Source: Alkanindiges illinoisensis DSM 15370
GTDB lineage: Bacteria > Pseudomonadota > Gammaproteobacteria > Pseudomonadales > Moraxellaceae
Length of the DNA: 32,000 bases
Direction of reading: 5' to 3'
Assembly (NCBI RefSeq): GCF_000619845.1
Contig: NZ_JHUX01000003.1
Location: 1,690,064-1,722,063 of the forward strand
The notes under the pieces were generated by a model, which made no database searches, was not told where the DNA came from, and was given only the letters and a program-made list of their open reading frames with translations. Positions 1-8,409 of the stretch are shown piece by piece. Within the stretch, counting starts at the first letter, position 1, and every line of letters starts with the position of its first letter. The position numbers and the translations under genes were made by a program.

Positions 1-327
1 CTGCGGCTGATTAAACAGGCCCAGCAGGCAGAATTTTCCCTGACTGAAATCAAATCCCTTTTGCCCAAAAAAGACTTGCCGGGTAAGCCCGGTAAAGGAT
101 TACCGTGTGAGGGATTGCCGGAAAATCTGTCGCGCTGGAACCATGACAAGCTCATTGAAAGCCTGAGCCATAAAGTCAGTGAAATTGAAGCGCTGGAAAG
201 AAAACTGGCCGAAAATAAACAGCACCTGCTGAGCCTGATTCAGGTTATTAACAATAAACCTGATGATGTGAGCTGTGAGGAAAATGCCGAGCGTTTATTT
301 AAGGCCTATTTTCCAGACTTAAATTAA
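1..327 (+). CDS. MerR-family transcriptional regulator, C-terminal part (5' end lies upstream of the window)
   Basis: Frame 1 is open from base 1 (LRLIKQAQQAEFSLTEIKSLLP...). That sequence is the usual end of the MerR HTH/wing region. A coiled-coil-like dimerisation helix follows (KVSEIEALERKLAENKQHLLSL). Stop TAA at 325-327. The ORF track lists this ORF only from an internal alternative start at 61. Confidence 0.7.
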   Translation: MRLIKQAQQAEFSLTEIKSLLPKKDLPGKPGKGLPCEGLPENLSRWNHDKLIESLSHKVSEIEALERKLAENKQHLLSLIQVINNKPDDVSCEENAERLFKAYFPDLN

Positions 328-399
328 TGATGTGAACACCTACGAGCACCCGCCCAGCCTGCCTGAAATAACACTGGCTGGGCATGGCTTAGGGATTAA

Positions 400-1635
400 T
401 TAACTGGAAAAACGGCGTGCCATGCGGCTTTTATACTGACGGGTACGACGTGCCATGGCTGCTTGTTGCAGGATCAAGGCCCACAATGGTGAAATCTTTG
501 GATCAGGTGCTTTACCTTGGCTGAGTTTACGCAACTGGAACTTCACCGCAGCCATATTGGCCAGTGATCCCAATGTTTTGTTTTTCCACTCAATTGGCTT
601 TAATTCAGGTGCTGTAGCCTTACCCTGTTTCCATTGACTGGGCAGGTTAGGCTCAATTGCCAATGCGGTGCCCATCCCGACCATGTCAACACCACTATCA
701 ATCACCTGCTGTGCCACCTCCAGACGACGGATTCCACCCGTGACCATGATTGGCATGTGCGCCACCTTACGGATTTCCTTGGCAAATTCCAGAAAGTAGG
801 CTTCGCGTGCCAGCGTACGGCCATCACGCGCCTGTCCCTGCATGGCGGGCGCTTCATAACTGCCACCGGATAGTTCCACTAGGTCAACAGCCAACTCATT
901 CAGCATTATGACCACTTGCTGCGCATCTTCGCTACTAAACCCGCCACGCTGAAAATCTGCCGAATTTAACTTTACGGCCACTGCAAACTGTGGGGAAACC
1001 ACGGCACGCACCGCCTTAACAATTTCAATCAGCAGGCGCGCCCGGTTTTCAAGGGAACCACCCCACTGGTCATTACGCTGATTGCTTAATGGAGACAAAA
1101 ACTGGCTGAGCAGATAACCATGTGCGGCATGAATTTCCACGCCAGTAAATCCAGCCTGTTGACCCAGTTTGGCCGTTGTGGCAAAACGCTGAATCACGTC
1201 TTCAATTTTTTGCTGGGACATTGCCTGTGGCATATCAAAACGATTAGACATTTTGCCCAAATCCAGCGCAATGGCAGAGGGTGCATAGGTGGTTTGACCC
1301 AGATTTGATTGCATCTGGCGTCCGGGATGATTGATCTGCAACCAGAACTGGGCACCTTTAGAGCGGCCAATTTTCGCCCACTGTTTAAACTGCGCCAGAT
1401 ATTCATCATCTTCCAGCACCACGCCACCCGGCCCAGTCATGGCGTGGCTATCCACCATCACATTGCCGGAAATAATCAAACCAGCACCGCCATCAGCCCA
1501 GGCCTGATAGAGCCGCATCAGTTGCCCAGATGGCGCCTGTTCACAGTCTGCCATGTTTTCTTCCATGGCAGCCTTGGCCAGACGGTTGGGAATCGTTGAA
1601 CCATTAGGAAGTACTAAGCGGTCAAACACGTTCAT
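400..1635 (-). CDS. NADH:flavin oxidoreductase, Old Yellow Enzyme family (2,4-dienoyl-CoA reductase-like N-terminal domain type)
   Basis: 414-aa ORF with an OYE-like TIM-barrel signature (PNRLAKAAMEE..., GGAGLIISGNVMVD, GFTGVEIHAAHGYLLSQFLSP..N.R.D.WGGSLENR). I place the start at ATG 1635 (MNVFDRL...) because AAGGTGA lies 5 nt upstream. The track's start at 1644 is a GTG inside that Shine-Dalgarno. Confidence 0.85.
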   Translation of the reverse strand: MNVFDRLVLPNGSTIPNRLAKAAMEENMADCEQAPSGQLMRLYQAWADGGAGLIISGNVMVDSHAMTGPGGVVLEDDEYLAQFKQWAKIGRSKGAQFWLQINHPGRQMQSNLGQTTYAPSAIALDLGKMSNRFDMPQAMSQQKIEDVIQRFATTAKLGQQAGFTGVEIHAAHGYLLSQFLSPLSNQRNDQWGGSLENRARLLIEIVKAVRAVVSPQFAVAVKLNSADFQRGGFSSEDAQQVVIMLNELAVDLVELSGGSYEAPAMQGQARDGRTLAREAYFLEFAKEIRKVAHMPIMVTGGIRRLEVAQQVIDSGVDMVGMGTALAIEPNLPSQWKQGKATAPELKPIEWKNKTLGSLANMAAVKFQLRKLSQGKAPDPKISPLWALILQQAAMARRTRQYKSRMARRFSS

Positions 1636-1663
1636 ATCAATCACCTTATTTGATTCAGCTTAC

Positions 1664-1694
1664 ACTCTAAGATTAAAGTGAACTTTAATGTCAA
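1664..1694 (-). promoter_or_regulatory. MerR-type promoter (19-bp spacer) with a dyad operator, upstream of the OYE gene
   Basis: Minus strand reads TTGACA-TTAAAGTTCACTTTAATCT-TAGAGT. The -35 hexamer is the consensus and the spacer is exactly 19 nt. The spacer contains the perfect palindrome ATTAAAGT-nn-ACTTTAAT (1672-1689). The -10 ends about 28 nt before ATG 1635. Confidence 0.7.
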
Positions 1695-1787
1695 CCCGTT
1701 TTTTCATTCCAACTAAATCATTTTAAAATTGCATCCAAGCCACACCTACCCTTTTTAGGCCTATTAAAAAAACTTGTATTTTTGGGC

Positions 1788-1818
1788 TTGACCTTAAAGT
1801 GAGCTTAAAACTTATAGT
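1788..1818 (+). promoter_or_regulatory. Second MerR-type promoter (19-bp spacer), divergent from the first and facing the 2016-3260 gene
   Basis: Plus strand reads TTGACC-TTAAAGTGAGCTTAAAACT-TATAGT. The layout matches the 1664-1694 element almost position for position, with an imperfect dyad TTAAAG-n5-CTTAAA. It lies about 200 nt upstream of ATG 2016. Confidence 0.6.
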
Positions 1819-2015
1819 ACGTTCTAACCGCAGTGATCTGGCGTGCTAGCGATGCTATTTTGTCCAATCCATTCATCACAAGGTTAACCATGATGTGGAT
1901 GTAGTTAAAGATGCACAACTGGTACTGAATATGCCAACACCATTACAGTCATTGGAATACACTTAAAACCAAACTTGACATTAAATCTGAAAATCAGGGC
2001 TAAAAAGGAAAAACC

Positions 2016-3260
2016 ATGACCACACCACAATATGATCTTGTTGTTTTCGGCGCCACCAGCTTTGTAGGGCAAATCCTGAGCAAGTATCTGGCTGAATATC
2101 TGTCAACCGCAACAGAAACCCTGCGCTGGGCCATTGCCGGACGCTCACAATCCAAATTGCAGGAGGTTAAAACCTCGCTGGGTGATGGCGGACAGTCCGT
2201 ACCGATTATTATTGCCGATGCCAGCAATGCAGATCAGCTTAAGCAGCTTTGCGCCCAAACCCGGGTGGTAGTGTCTACTGTTGGCCCGTATGCCCTGTAT
2301 GGCGAACCGCTAATCAAAGCCTGTGTGGAAAGTGGTACGGACTATTGTGACCTGACTGGCGAAACCCAGTGGATCAAAAGAATGATTGAAAAATATCAAA
2401 CCGCTGCCCAGCAGTCCGGTGCACGAATTGTGCATTGCTGTGGTTTTGATTCTGTGCCTTCAGATATGGGTGTTTATTTCCTGCAACAGCAGGCCATGCA
2501 GCAATGGCAACAACCTGCAACCCAGATCAAGATGCGGGTTAAAACCCTAAAAGGCGGCGCTTCAGGTGGTACTGTGGCCAGCCTGATTAATGTGGTGCAA
2601 GAAGCAGCGGCTGACCCGGTATTACGCAAGGAATTGCTTAATCCTTATGCACTATGTCCCAAAAATCATGGCTTTATTACACGGCAGCACTTCGTAAAAT
2701 CTGCCGAATATGATCCAGATTTTAAGGCATGGATTGCGCCTTTTGTCATGGCCGCTGTGAATGAACGTGTGGTGCATCGCTCCAATGCCTTGTCCAATGA
2801 TGCGTATGGCACAAATTTTAGCTATAACGAAGCCATGCTGACTGGTGACGGCTTTAAGGGTCGCCTAAAAGCCACCAGTATTGTGGCGGGGCTTGGTGCA
2901 TTCATGCTGGGTGCAGTCAGCAAACCCATAAGCCAGTTGATGGAGCGTTTCCTGCTGCCCAAACCCGGTGAAGGCCCAAGTATTGAGGAGCAGCGCTCAG
3001 GCCGTTTTGATTTGCGCTTTTTTGGCCAAAGCGATGCAGGACAAACAATCCGAACCAAGGTGACGGGTGACCGCGATCCCGGCTATGGCTCTACTGGCAA
3101 AATGCTGGGTCAGGCTGCGATTAGCCTGGCACTTGATCATGCTCAGGACGGCAATAAAACTGGTCGTCAGGGTGGTTTCTGGACACCCGCCACGATGTTT
3201 GACCAACGGTTTATTGAACGCCTTACCCAATACGCTGGCTTGCATTTTGAGCAGCTCTAG
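2016..3260 (+). CDS. Saccharopine dehydrogenase-like NAD(P)-binding oxidoreductase (trans-acting enoyl reductase-like family)
   Basis: 414-aa ORF. N-terminal Rossmann motif YDLVVFGATSFVG, and overall resemblance to saccharopine dehydrogenase NADP-binding domain proteins. SD AAGGA lies 7 nt before the ATG. Confidence 0.75.
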   Translation: MTTPQYDLVVFGATSFVGQILSKYLAEYLSTATETLRWAIAGRSQSKLQEVKTSLGDGGQSVPIIIADASNADQLKQLCAQTRVVVSTVGPYALYGEPLIKACVESGTDYCDLTGETQWIKRMIEKYQTAAQQSGARIVHCCGFDSVPSDMGVYFLQQQAMQQWQQPATQIKMRVKTLKGGASGGTVASLINVVQEAAADPVLRKELLNPYALCPKNHGFITRQHFVKSAEYDPDFKAWIAPFVMAAVNERVVHRSNALSNDAYGTNFSYNEAMLTGDGFKGRLKATSIVAGLGAFMLGAVSKPISQLMERFLLPKPGEGPSIEEQRSGRFDLRFFGQSDAGQTIRTKVTGDRDPGYGSTGKMLGQAAISLALDHAQDGNKTGRQGGFWTPATMFDQRFIERLTQYAGLHFEQL

Positions 3261-3655
3261 CCACTATTGATGTACAGGAATTAGCACTTTTTTCTGTAGT
3301 GTAAGCTAGAAGATAGCTTAAGACACCAGTCTGCTGAAACTGGTTAAAACAGGCATCAAAAAAGGTCACTCGGGTGAGTGGCCTAAAATTGAATATATAA
3401 GTTATAGGACAATGCAGCAGGCTAGCCTACGCATGCTTAAATCCAGCAGCATATTTTAGTTGGTTAAATGATCTTGTAATGCAAAGGTATGAATTGGTGC
3501 ACCGTCTGACGATAGGCTTCCATGACTTTCTGATCCATAAAACCTGATGCAACAACTGCTATTATTTCAACACCTGATCAGCAGTTTTAATTATTTCTCA
3601 CCAGCCTTCCAACAATTTTATTTTATAACCCATTGAATTTAAATGACTCTATAAT

Positions 3656-3670
3656 TGGCATGGATTTCGC
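3656..3670 (+). promoter_or_regulatory. Candidate sigma-54 (-24/-12) promoter of the FMN reductase gene
   Basis: TGGCATGGATTTCGC compared with consensus TGGCAC-N5-TTGC. The GG and GC dinucleotides have the correct spacing, with one mismatch in each element. It ends about 40 nt before ATG 3711. A sigma-54 activator is encoded at 7152-8279. Confidence 0.6.
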
Positions 3671-3710
3671 CTTATGGTTTGCACTTATTAAAATGCAGCG
3701 GAGTTCTCCC

Positions 3711-4442
3711 ATGAGTCATTATCAGCAGCCTCGTCCACTAAAGGTCGTCGCCGTATCCGGTGGTTTAAATACGCCCTCCAAAACCGAAAGCCTGCTTGAT
3801 GCCATTCTCAACGAATTACAAAATGCCCTTGCTATTAATGTGCACTATATTAAGCTCAGTGAAATTGGCACGGGCCTGGGTGGTGTGATTAGCCGTAATG
3901 ATTTGCCAGCCAGTGTGCAGCAGGCCTTATCTGCCATTGAAACTGCTGATGTCCTGATCGTAGGTACACCGGTATACCGGGCATCCTTTACGGGCTTGTT
4001 TAAGCATCTGTTTGATTTTGTCGACCAGTTTGCTTTGGTGGATGTGCCTGTGCTACTCGCAGCTTCGGGCGGTAGTGACCGGCATGCGCTCGTGCTTGAA
4101 CATCAACTGCGTCCCCTGTTTAGCTTCTTTCAGGCACAAACCCTGCCTATTGGGGTGTATGCCACCGATCAGGATTTTACCAATTATCAGGTTAGCAGCA
4201 GTGTCTTGCTGGAACGCATTAAACTGGCTGCCACTCGTGCCCTGCCAGTATTTCAGTATGCCGCTACCCTGCCTGCACGCCAGACTAATGGGCAACATAA
4301 ACAGGGTACAGTTAAATTAAACCAGCCCATTGCCCAACCTGCTGTCCTGCCATCTGCACAGGCTTCCGGTATTGCAGGCGCAGGACAGGAATTGCCTGTC
4401 GAACAGCGTAACCCAGCCACATTTAAAGTGGTGAATGGATGA
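3711..4442 (+). CDS. NAD(P)H-dependent FMN reductase (SsuE/MsuE/SfnE-like) with a low-complexity C-terminal tail
   Basis: Motifs: KVVAVSGGLNTPSKT, ADVLIVGTPVYRASFTGLFKHLFD, LAASGGSDRHALVLEHQLRPLF. Start set at ATG 3711 (GGAG 7 nt upstream). The track's TTG start at 3633 adds a non-homologous leader. About 50 extra Q/A/P-rich residues follow the flavodoxin-like core. Confidence 0.85.
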   Translation: MSHYQQPRPLKVVAVSGGLNTPSKTESLLDAILNELQNALAINVHYIKLSEIGTGLGGVISRNDLPASVQQALSAIETADVLIVGTPVYRASFTGLFKHLFDFVDQFALVDVPVLLAASGGSDRHALVLEHQLRPLFSFFQAQTLPIGVYATDQDFTNYQVSSSVLLERIKLAATRALPVFQYAATLPARQTNGQHKQGTVKLNQPIAQPAVLPSAQASGIAGAGQELPVEQRNPATFKVVNG

Positions 4443-4738
4443 TTTCAACCATCAATTAGCCAAGCTGATATATTAATCTTTGGATGCAGTTTTTATCATA
4501 TGAAGTGATAGCGTTATTAGGCTAATTTTAGTTATATACTAACAGCGTTCCATAATATAAAATGACAAGCATCTTAATAATTAATTTTATTGGGATGCTT
4601 ATTTTCATTTAAACAAAACTATAAAATTAATAAATTGTCAAAATCATATTTTTAGCTTTTGTTATTCCTAATAATTCATTTTTAAATAATAAATAACTGT
4701 TTATGCTCTTAATATCCATTGATATGAGCTATTTAACC

Positions 4739-4954
4739 ATGACTATTTCTGCAATTAATGTACGCAATCAGTTTAAGGGAATTATTAAGGAAATTATTGA
4801 AGGCCCTGTGGTGTCGGAAGTGGACGTGGAAGCAGCACCGGGCCTGTTTACCTCGGTTATCACCACGCGCTCTGTAAAAGACCTGAACCTGCAAGTGGGC
4901 AGTGAAGTGATTGTGCTGATCAAATCCACTGAAGTTTCGCTGGCAAAGCTTTAG
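4739..4954 (+). CDS. ssuF: Small TOBE/Mop (molbindin-like) domain protein, SsuF-like
   Basis: 71 aa, MTISAINVRNQFKGIIKEI..GPV.SEVDV......TSVITTRSVKDL.L..GSEV..LIKSTEVS.AK. This is a single TOBE domain. Pseudomonas ssu operons end with such a protein (SsuF). The start (4739 or 4724) is uncertain because no clear SD is present. Confidence 0.7.
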   Translation: MTISAINVRNQFKGIIKEIIEGPVVSEVDVEAAPGLFTSVITTRSVKDLNLQVGSEVIVLIKSTEVSLAKL

Positions 4955-5008
4955 CCTGCTCTGTAAACCAGTTTATTCCAGCATTAAAACAGAAGGGATA
5001 AGTACACC

Positions 5009-5839
5009 ATGACCCAGCAATCAACCGGTGCTGTTTTAATACAGCATGTCAATAAAACCTATAGCCGTGCCGGTGAAGCACCATTACCCGTGCTGGAATA
5101 TATTTCACTGGATATTAAACCGGGCGAATTTATCGGCATTGTTGGCAGTAGCGGCTGCGGGAAATCCACCCTGCTGCGCCTGCTGGCAGGGCTGGAACCG
5201 TCGTTTGAAGGGAACATCAAGATTGATGGCCAGCCGATCCAGGGCACCAGTCTTGAGCGCGGCATTGTGTTTCAGGATCACCGTTTATTTCCGTGGTTAA
5301 CGGTGCGCGACAATATCCGCATTGCCTTGCAAAACAGCAAATTATCCCGTAGTGAACAGGATAAAACCATTGATGAGCATTTGGAACTGGTCGGTCTGAC
5401 TGCTTTTCAGAATGCCTATCCATCGCAGTTGTCAGGCGGTATGAGTCAGCGCGTGGCAATTGCCCGCAGTCTGGTTAACCGTCCCAATATCCTGTTGCTG
5501 GATGAACCATTTGGCGCACTGGATGCCTTGACCCGAAGTAACTTGCAACAGGAATTGCAACGCATCTGGCACACTGAAAAAATCACCATGATTATTGTCA
5601 CCCATGACGTTGAAGAAGCGGTTTTTCTGGGTAACCGTGTGGTGGTGATGCAGCCCAATCCCGGCAAAATCAAGCGAATTGTGTCGGTTGATTTACCGCA
5701 TCCCAGACAGCGGGATAGTGTCCGGCTGACAGCCATTAAACATGATATTTTAAGGGATTTTAGCCAGTTTTCCCTAGACCAGCTTAATGAGCTTTCCTTA
5801 ACCAGACAGCGCTTTGAGGAGTTTCAGTTTTCATGGTAA
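5009..5839 (+). CDS. ABC transporter ATP-binding protein, nitrate/sulfonate/taurine (SsuB/TauB) type
   Basis: Walker A GSSGCGKST, Q-loop VFQD, signature LSGGMSQR, Walker B LLLDEPFGALD, H-loop VTHD. No permease or binding-protein gene lies on the same strand next to it. Confidence 0.9.
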   Translation: MTQQSTGAVLIQHVNKTYSRAGEAPLPVLEYISLDIKPGEFIGIVGSSGCGKSTLLRLLAGLEPSFEGNIKIDGQPIQGTSLERGIVFQDHRLFPWLTVRDNIRIALQNSKLSRSEQDKTIDEHLELVGLTAFQNAYPSQLSGGMSQRVAIARSLVNRPNILLLDEPFGALDALTRSNLQQELQRIWHTEKITMIIVTHDVEEAVFLGNRVVVMQPNPGKIKRIVSVDLPHPRQRDSVRLTAIKHDILRDFSQFSLDQLNELSLTRQRFEEFQFSW

Positions 5840-5866
5840 AGCAAAAAATTTAAATCTGTTATCTCT

Positions 5867-5895
5867 AATAATCTGCCATGTGCAGATTATTTTTT
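5867..5895 (+). terminator. Rho-independent terminator after the ATPase gene
   Basis: AATAATCTGC-catgt-GCAGATTATT, a perfect 10-bp stem, followed by TTTT. Confidence 0.75.
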
Positions 5896-6112
5896 AGCAT
5901 GGAAAATACATAGTTAAAATAAGCTAAGTTAATCAGAAATAATCATTTTTAAATAAAAGTATAAGTCATTATATTTACTTTGCTTTTTATTAAATCTATT
6001 AAGCCGGATTAACTAATTTAAGTTCATTAATCCAAAGTTATCAGACCTTTCATATTATTAATGAACAGCTATTATCAGCCATTAATAATAAGTTATGTTA
6101 TGAGGTTATATC

Positions 6113-7045
6113 ATGTCAGCTTTAACCCAACTTTCCAGCTCCATTGCTCAGGCCCCGCGCTGGTATGAGCACAGCATTCAAACCCTGGATACCGTGCGTA
6201 TTACGCCAATTCAAGGTGCTTTAGGGGCAATTGTTACTGGAATTAACGCCAGTTTGCCGCAAAGTGCTGAAGTGATTCTGGCGCTTAAACAGGCTTTGCA
6301 TGAACACCTGATTCTGGTGTTTAAACAGCAACAATTAGAAGATGAGCAATTGCTGTCTTTTGCCAGCTATTTTGGTGCCATTTTTAAACCACCCGCTGAT
6401 ATTCCGGTACTGGCCACTCAGACCGATACCGGTTTACCGCCTGATGTCGTGCCTGTATCCAATGCAGTAGGCGCCGGGGATTATACGGGTCATGGCGAAC
6501 TGACTCCGCACAGCGACCATCACTGGACACCCCAGCCTTCCAGTGGCTCACTGCTGTATGCCATTGAATTGCCCAAAGATGGCGGTGCAACCAGTTGGTA
6601 CAACACCGTGCAGGCTTATGCAGATCTGGATGATGATGCCCGACAGGAAATCGACCAGCTTCAGTTAATTACCTATAATCCCTTCTTGCGGATCAAGTCT
6701 GGTGGGCCATTCCCCAAATACCGCTTTTCTAACCAACCTGTGCTGGGCGCCGCTTTCCCTCATCCCTTGGTGCGCACTCATTCTGAAAGTGGCAAGCGCG
6801 GGATTTATCTGGATACCCACACGGAAGTTGAAGTAGTCGGCTATGATGACCAGCGTGGCGCCGCATTGATTGAAAAATTGCGTGCGCACATTGTGCAGCC
6901 AAAGTATCGCTATGAGCATCAATGGGAAACCGGCGATATTGTGTACTGGGACAACCAAGTCACCTTGCATTCACGCACTGCATTTCCGGCTGAACAGCGC
7001 CGCTTGCTCAAACGGGTGAGTCTGGCGGGTAATCGTCCGTTTTAG
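6113..7045 (+). CDS. TauD/TfdA-family Fe(II)/2-oxoglutarate-dependent dioxygenase
   Basis: 310 aa. It has an HxD iron motif (PHSDHHW), a distal His (VTLHSRT) and the DIVYWDN motif typical of the family. SD GAGG lies 8 nt before the ATG. Confidence 0.85.
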   Translation: MSALTQLSSSIAQAPRWYEHSIQTLDTVRITPIQGALGAIVTGINASLPQSAEVILALKQALHEHLILVFKQQQLEDEQLLSFASYFGAIFKPPADIPVLATQTDTGLPPDVVPVSNAVGAGDYTGHGELTPHSDHHWTPQPSSGSLLYAIELPKDGGATSWYNTVQAYADLDDDARQEIDQLQLITYNPFLRIKSGGPFPKYRFSNQPVLGAAFPHPLVRTHSESGKRGIYLDTHTEVEVVGYDDQRGAALIEKLRAHIVQPKYRYEHQWETGDIVYWDNQVTLHSRTAFPAEQRRLLKRVSLAGNRPF

Positions 7046-7062
7046 CAAATTGAGTAACCTAT

Positions 7063-7092
7063 AAAAAAAGCTATCCAGGGATAGCTTTTTTT
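7063..7092. terminator. Bidirectional Rho-independent terminator between convergent genes
   Basis: AAAAAAAGCTAT-ccaggg-ATAGCTTTTTTT. The hairpin has an A-run on one side and a T-run on the other. It sits between the stop at 7045 (+) and the stop at 7152 (-). Confidence 0.85.
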
Positions 7093-7151
7093 ATGCTGAT
7101 GCATTTTTAATGCTGATTCATTCAGGGCGCATAAAGCGCAGCACAGCAGGA

Positions 7152-8279
7152 TTAATTGAATGCCAAATCCAGCTTGTCAGCTGCTTTGACAGACAAGCTG
7201 CGCTCTTCACCAATGAGGCCATATTTAATCAGGCGGGCACGGATAATATTACGGCTAATCCCAAGCAGTTTGGCAGTTTGCACCTGATTGCGGTGGCAGT
7301 ATTCATAGGCGACCTGAATCGTGGCTTCTTCAATCAACTGATCCAGTATTTCCCCGGAATGCACTGAAGCGGATTCAAACAGGTTTAACAGGGCCTGCTG
7401 TAAGTGTTGCTTGGGCAGCAGGTCTGTTTTGATCAAACCTGAGCGGGCCTGCTCTACATCAAGATGTGATTGCCCAGTTAAAGAGGAAAAGCAAAAATCG
7501 GCAGGTTGAATCTGATGGTTTTTGCACACCAGCAAGGCATGGTGAATGGCATTTTCCAGCTCACGGATATTGCCCGGATAAGTGTGACGCAGTAATTTTT
7601 GCTCAGCACTGGCACTAAATGAAGCCTGCGGATAGCCCAGACGCTGGCAATAATCCTGCACAAAATAGCGGGCCAGCGGCAAAATATCGCCTGGCCTGGC
7701 CGCCAGCGGTGCAATTCTCAATAAGGCCACATTCAGGCGATAGTACAGGTCTTCCCTGAACTTGCCAGCCTGCACCGATTCTTCCAGCCGGACATTGGTT
7801 GCGGCAATCACCCGGACGTTGAGTTTAATCGGTTTAAGTGAGCCAACCCGGTAAATTTCCCGTTCCTGTAGCACCCGCAGCAGTTTAACTTGCAGGGTTA
7901 AGGGCAAATCACCAATTTCATCCAGAAACAGGGTGCCATTATTGGCGGCCTCAAACCAGCCGACCTTGCTATGAATGGCCCCAGTGAAGGCACCTTTTTC
8001 ATGACCAAAGAGTTCACTTTCGGCAATCGATTCGGTAAATGCCCCACAATTCACGGCAATAAATGGCCCATTATACCGATGACTGAGCATATGAACATGC
8101 CGGGCAACCAGTTCCTTGCCGGTTCCGGTATCGCCAATAATCAGCACACTGGCTTCGCTGGGTGCAATCTGTTCTATTCTTTCCAGTAACTCGCAGGACT
8201 TCTGATCTTCATAGACCATGGCAGTGGCACGCTCTGACCGAAATAACCGGCGTGAATCAGGATGAGTTAATACTGACAT
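7152..8279 (-). CDS. Sigma-54-dependent transcriptional activator (bacterial enhancer-binding protein) lacking a receiver/sensor domain; SfnR-like
   Basis: AAA+ core with Walker A GDTGTGKE, the sigma-54 contact loop [15 protein letters not shown], Walker B LFLDEIG, and a C-terminal Fis-type HTH ([21 protein letters not shown]). Only about 30 residues precede the AAA+ domain. The SfnR analogy comes from its sulfur-gene context and is an inference. Confidence 0.9.
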   Translation of the reverse strand: MSVLTHPDSRRLFRSERATAMVYEDQKSCELLERIEQIAPSEASVLIIGDTGTGKELVARHVHMLSHRYNGPFIAVNCGAFTESIAESELFGHEKGAFTGAIHSKVGWFEAANNGTLFLDEIGDLPLTLQVKLLRVLQEREIYRVGSLKPIKLNVRVIAATNVRLEESVQAGKFREDLYYRLNVALLRIAPLAARPGDILPLARYFVQDYCQRLGYPQASFSASAEQKLLRHTYPGNIRELENAIHHALLVCKNHQIQPADFCFSSLTGQSHLDVEQARSGLIKTDLLPKQHLQQALLNLFESASVHSGEILDQLIEEATIQVAYEYCHRNQVQTAKLLGISRNIIRARLIKYGLIGEERSLSVKAADKLDLAFN

Positions 8280-8409
8280 AATGCTGTTCTATTCTCATGA
8301 AATCCAGTCAGTTATATTGCATGAATCCACTGAGCGTTAGAAATCACTAATCATTCTTAATAATCCATGAAATCAGCAAACTGGGCAGCATTACGCCATC
8401 CATCAACAA

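Noticed and set aside
352-383. Hairpin GCCCAGCC-N16-GGCTGGGC between the convergent MerR and OYE genes, considered as a terminator.
   Set aside because: The stem is real, but the loop is large (16 nt) and no T-run follows on either strand. I cannot support calling it a terminator.
1974-2003. TTGACATTAAATCTGAAAATCAGGGCTAAAAA as a third MerR-type promoter.
   Set aside because: It shares only the first 11 nt with the OYE promoter and has no dyad. Any -10 would place the start inside or after the SD of the 2016 gene.
3464-3538. 24-codon minus-strand ORF (MDQKVMEAYRQTVHQFIPLHYKII), with a hairpin and T-run at 3366-3385 further downstream on the same strand.
   Set aside because: There is no SD and no recognisable motif, and about 80 nt separate the stop from the hairpin. 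It may be a gene remnant or noise. The evidence is too thin to report as a feature.
3633-3710. Longer N-termini given by the ORF track for several genes (3633, 10200, 11227, 12002, 22534, 24711, 1644).
   Set aside because: The extensions begin at TTG/GTG or at SD-less codons. They either overlap the upstream gene or add non-homologous leaders. Internal ATGs with good SDs, signal peptides that begin at the ATG, and the island's zero-Met pattern all favour the shorter forms.
4573-4613. Inverted repeat AAGCATC-N21-GATGCTT followed by ATTTTCATTT, considered as a terminator for the FMN reductase gene.
   Set aside because: The stem is only 7 bp, the loop is 21 nt and AT-rich, and the T-run is interrupted. 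This is too weak.
5894-5914. TTAGCATGGAAAATACAT upstream of the first TauD-family gene, resembling the TGGCATGGAAA promoters.
   Set aside because: The -24 GG is disrupted (TAGCAT) and there is no TTGC-like -12 element. I do not count it as a sigma-54 promoter.
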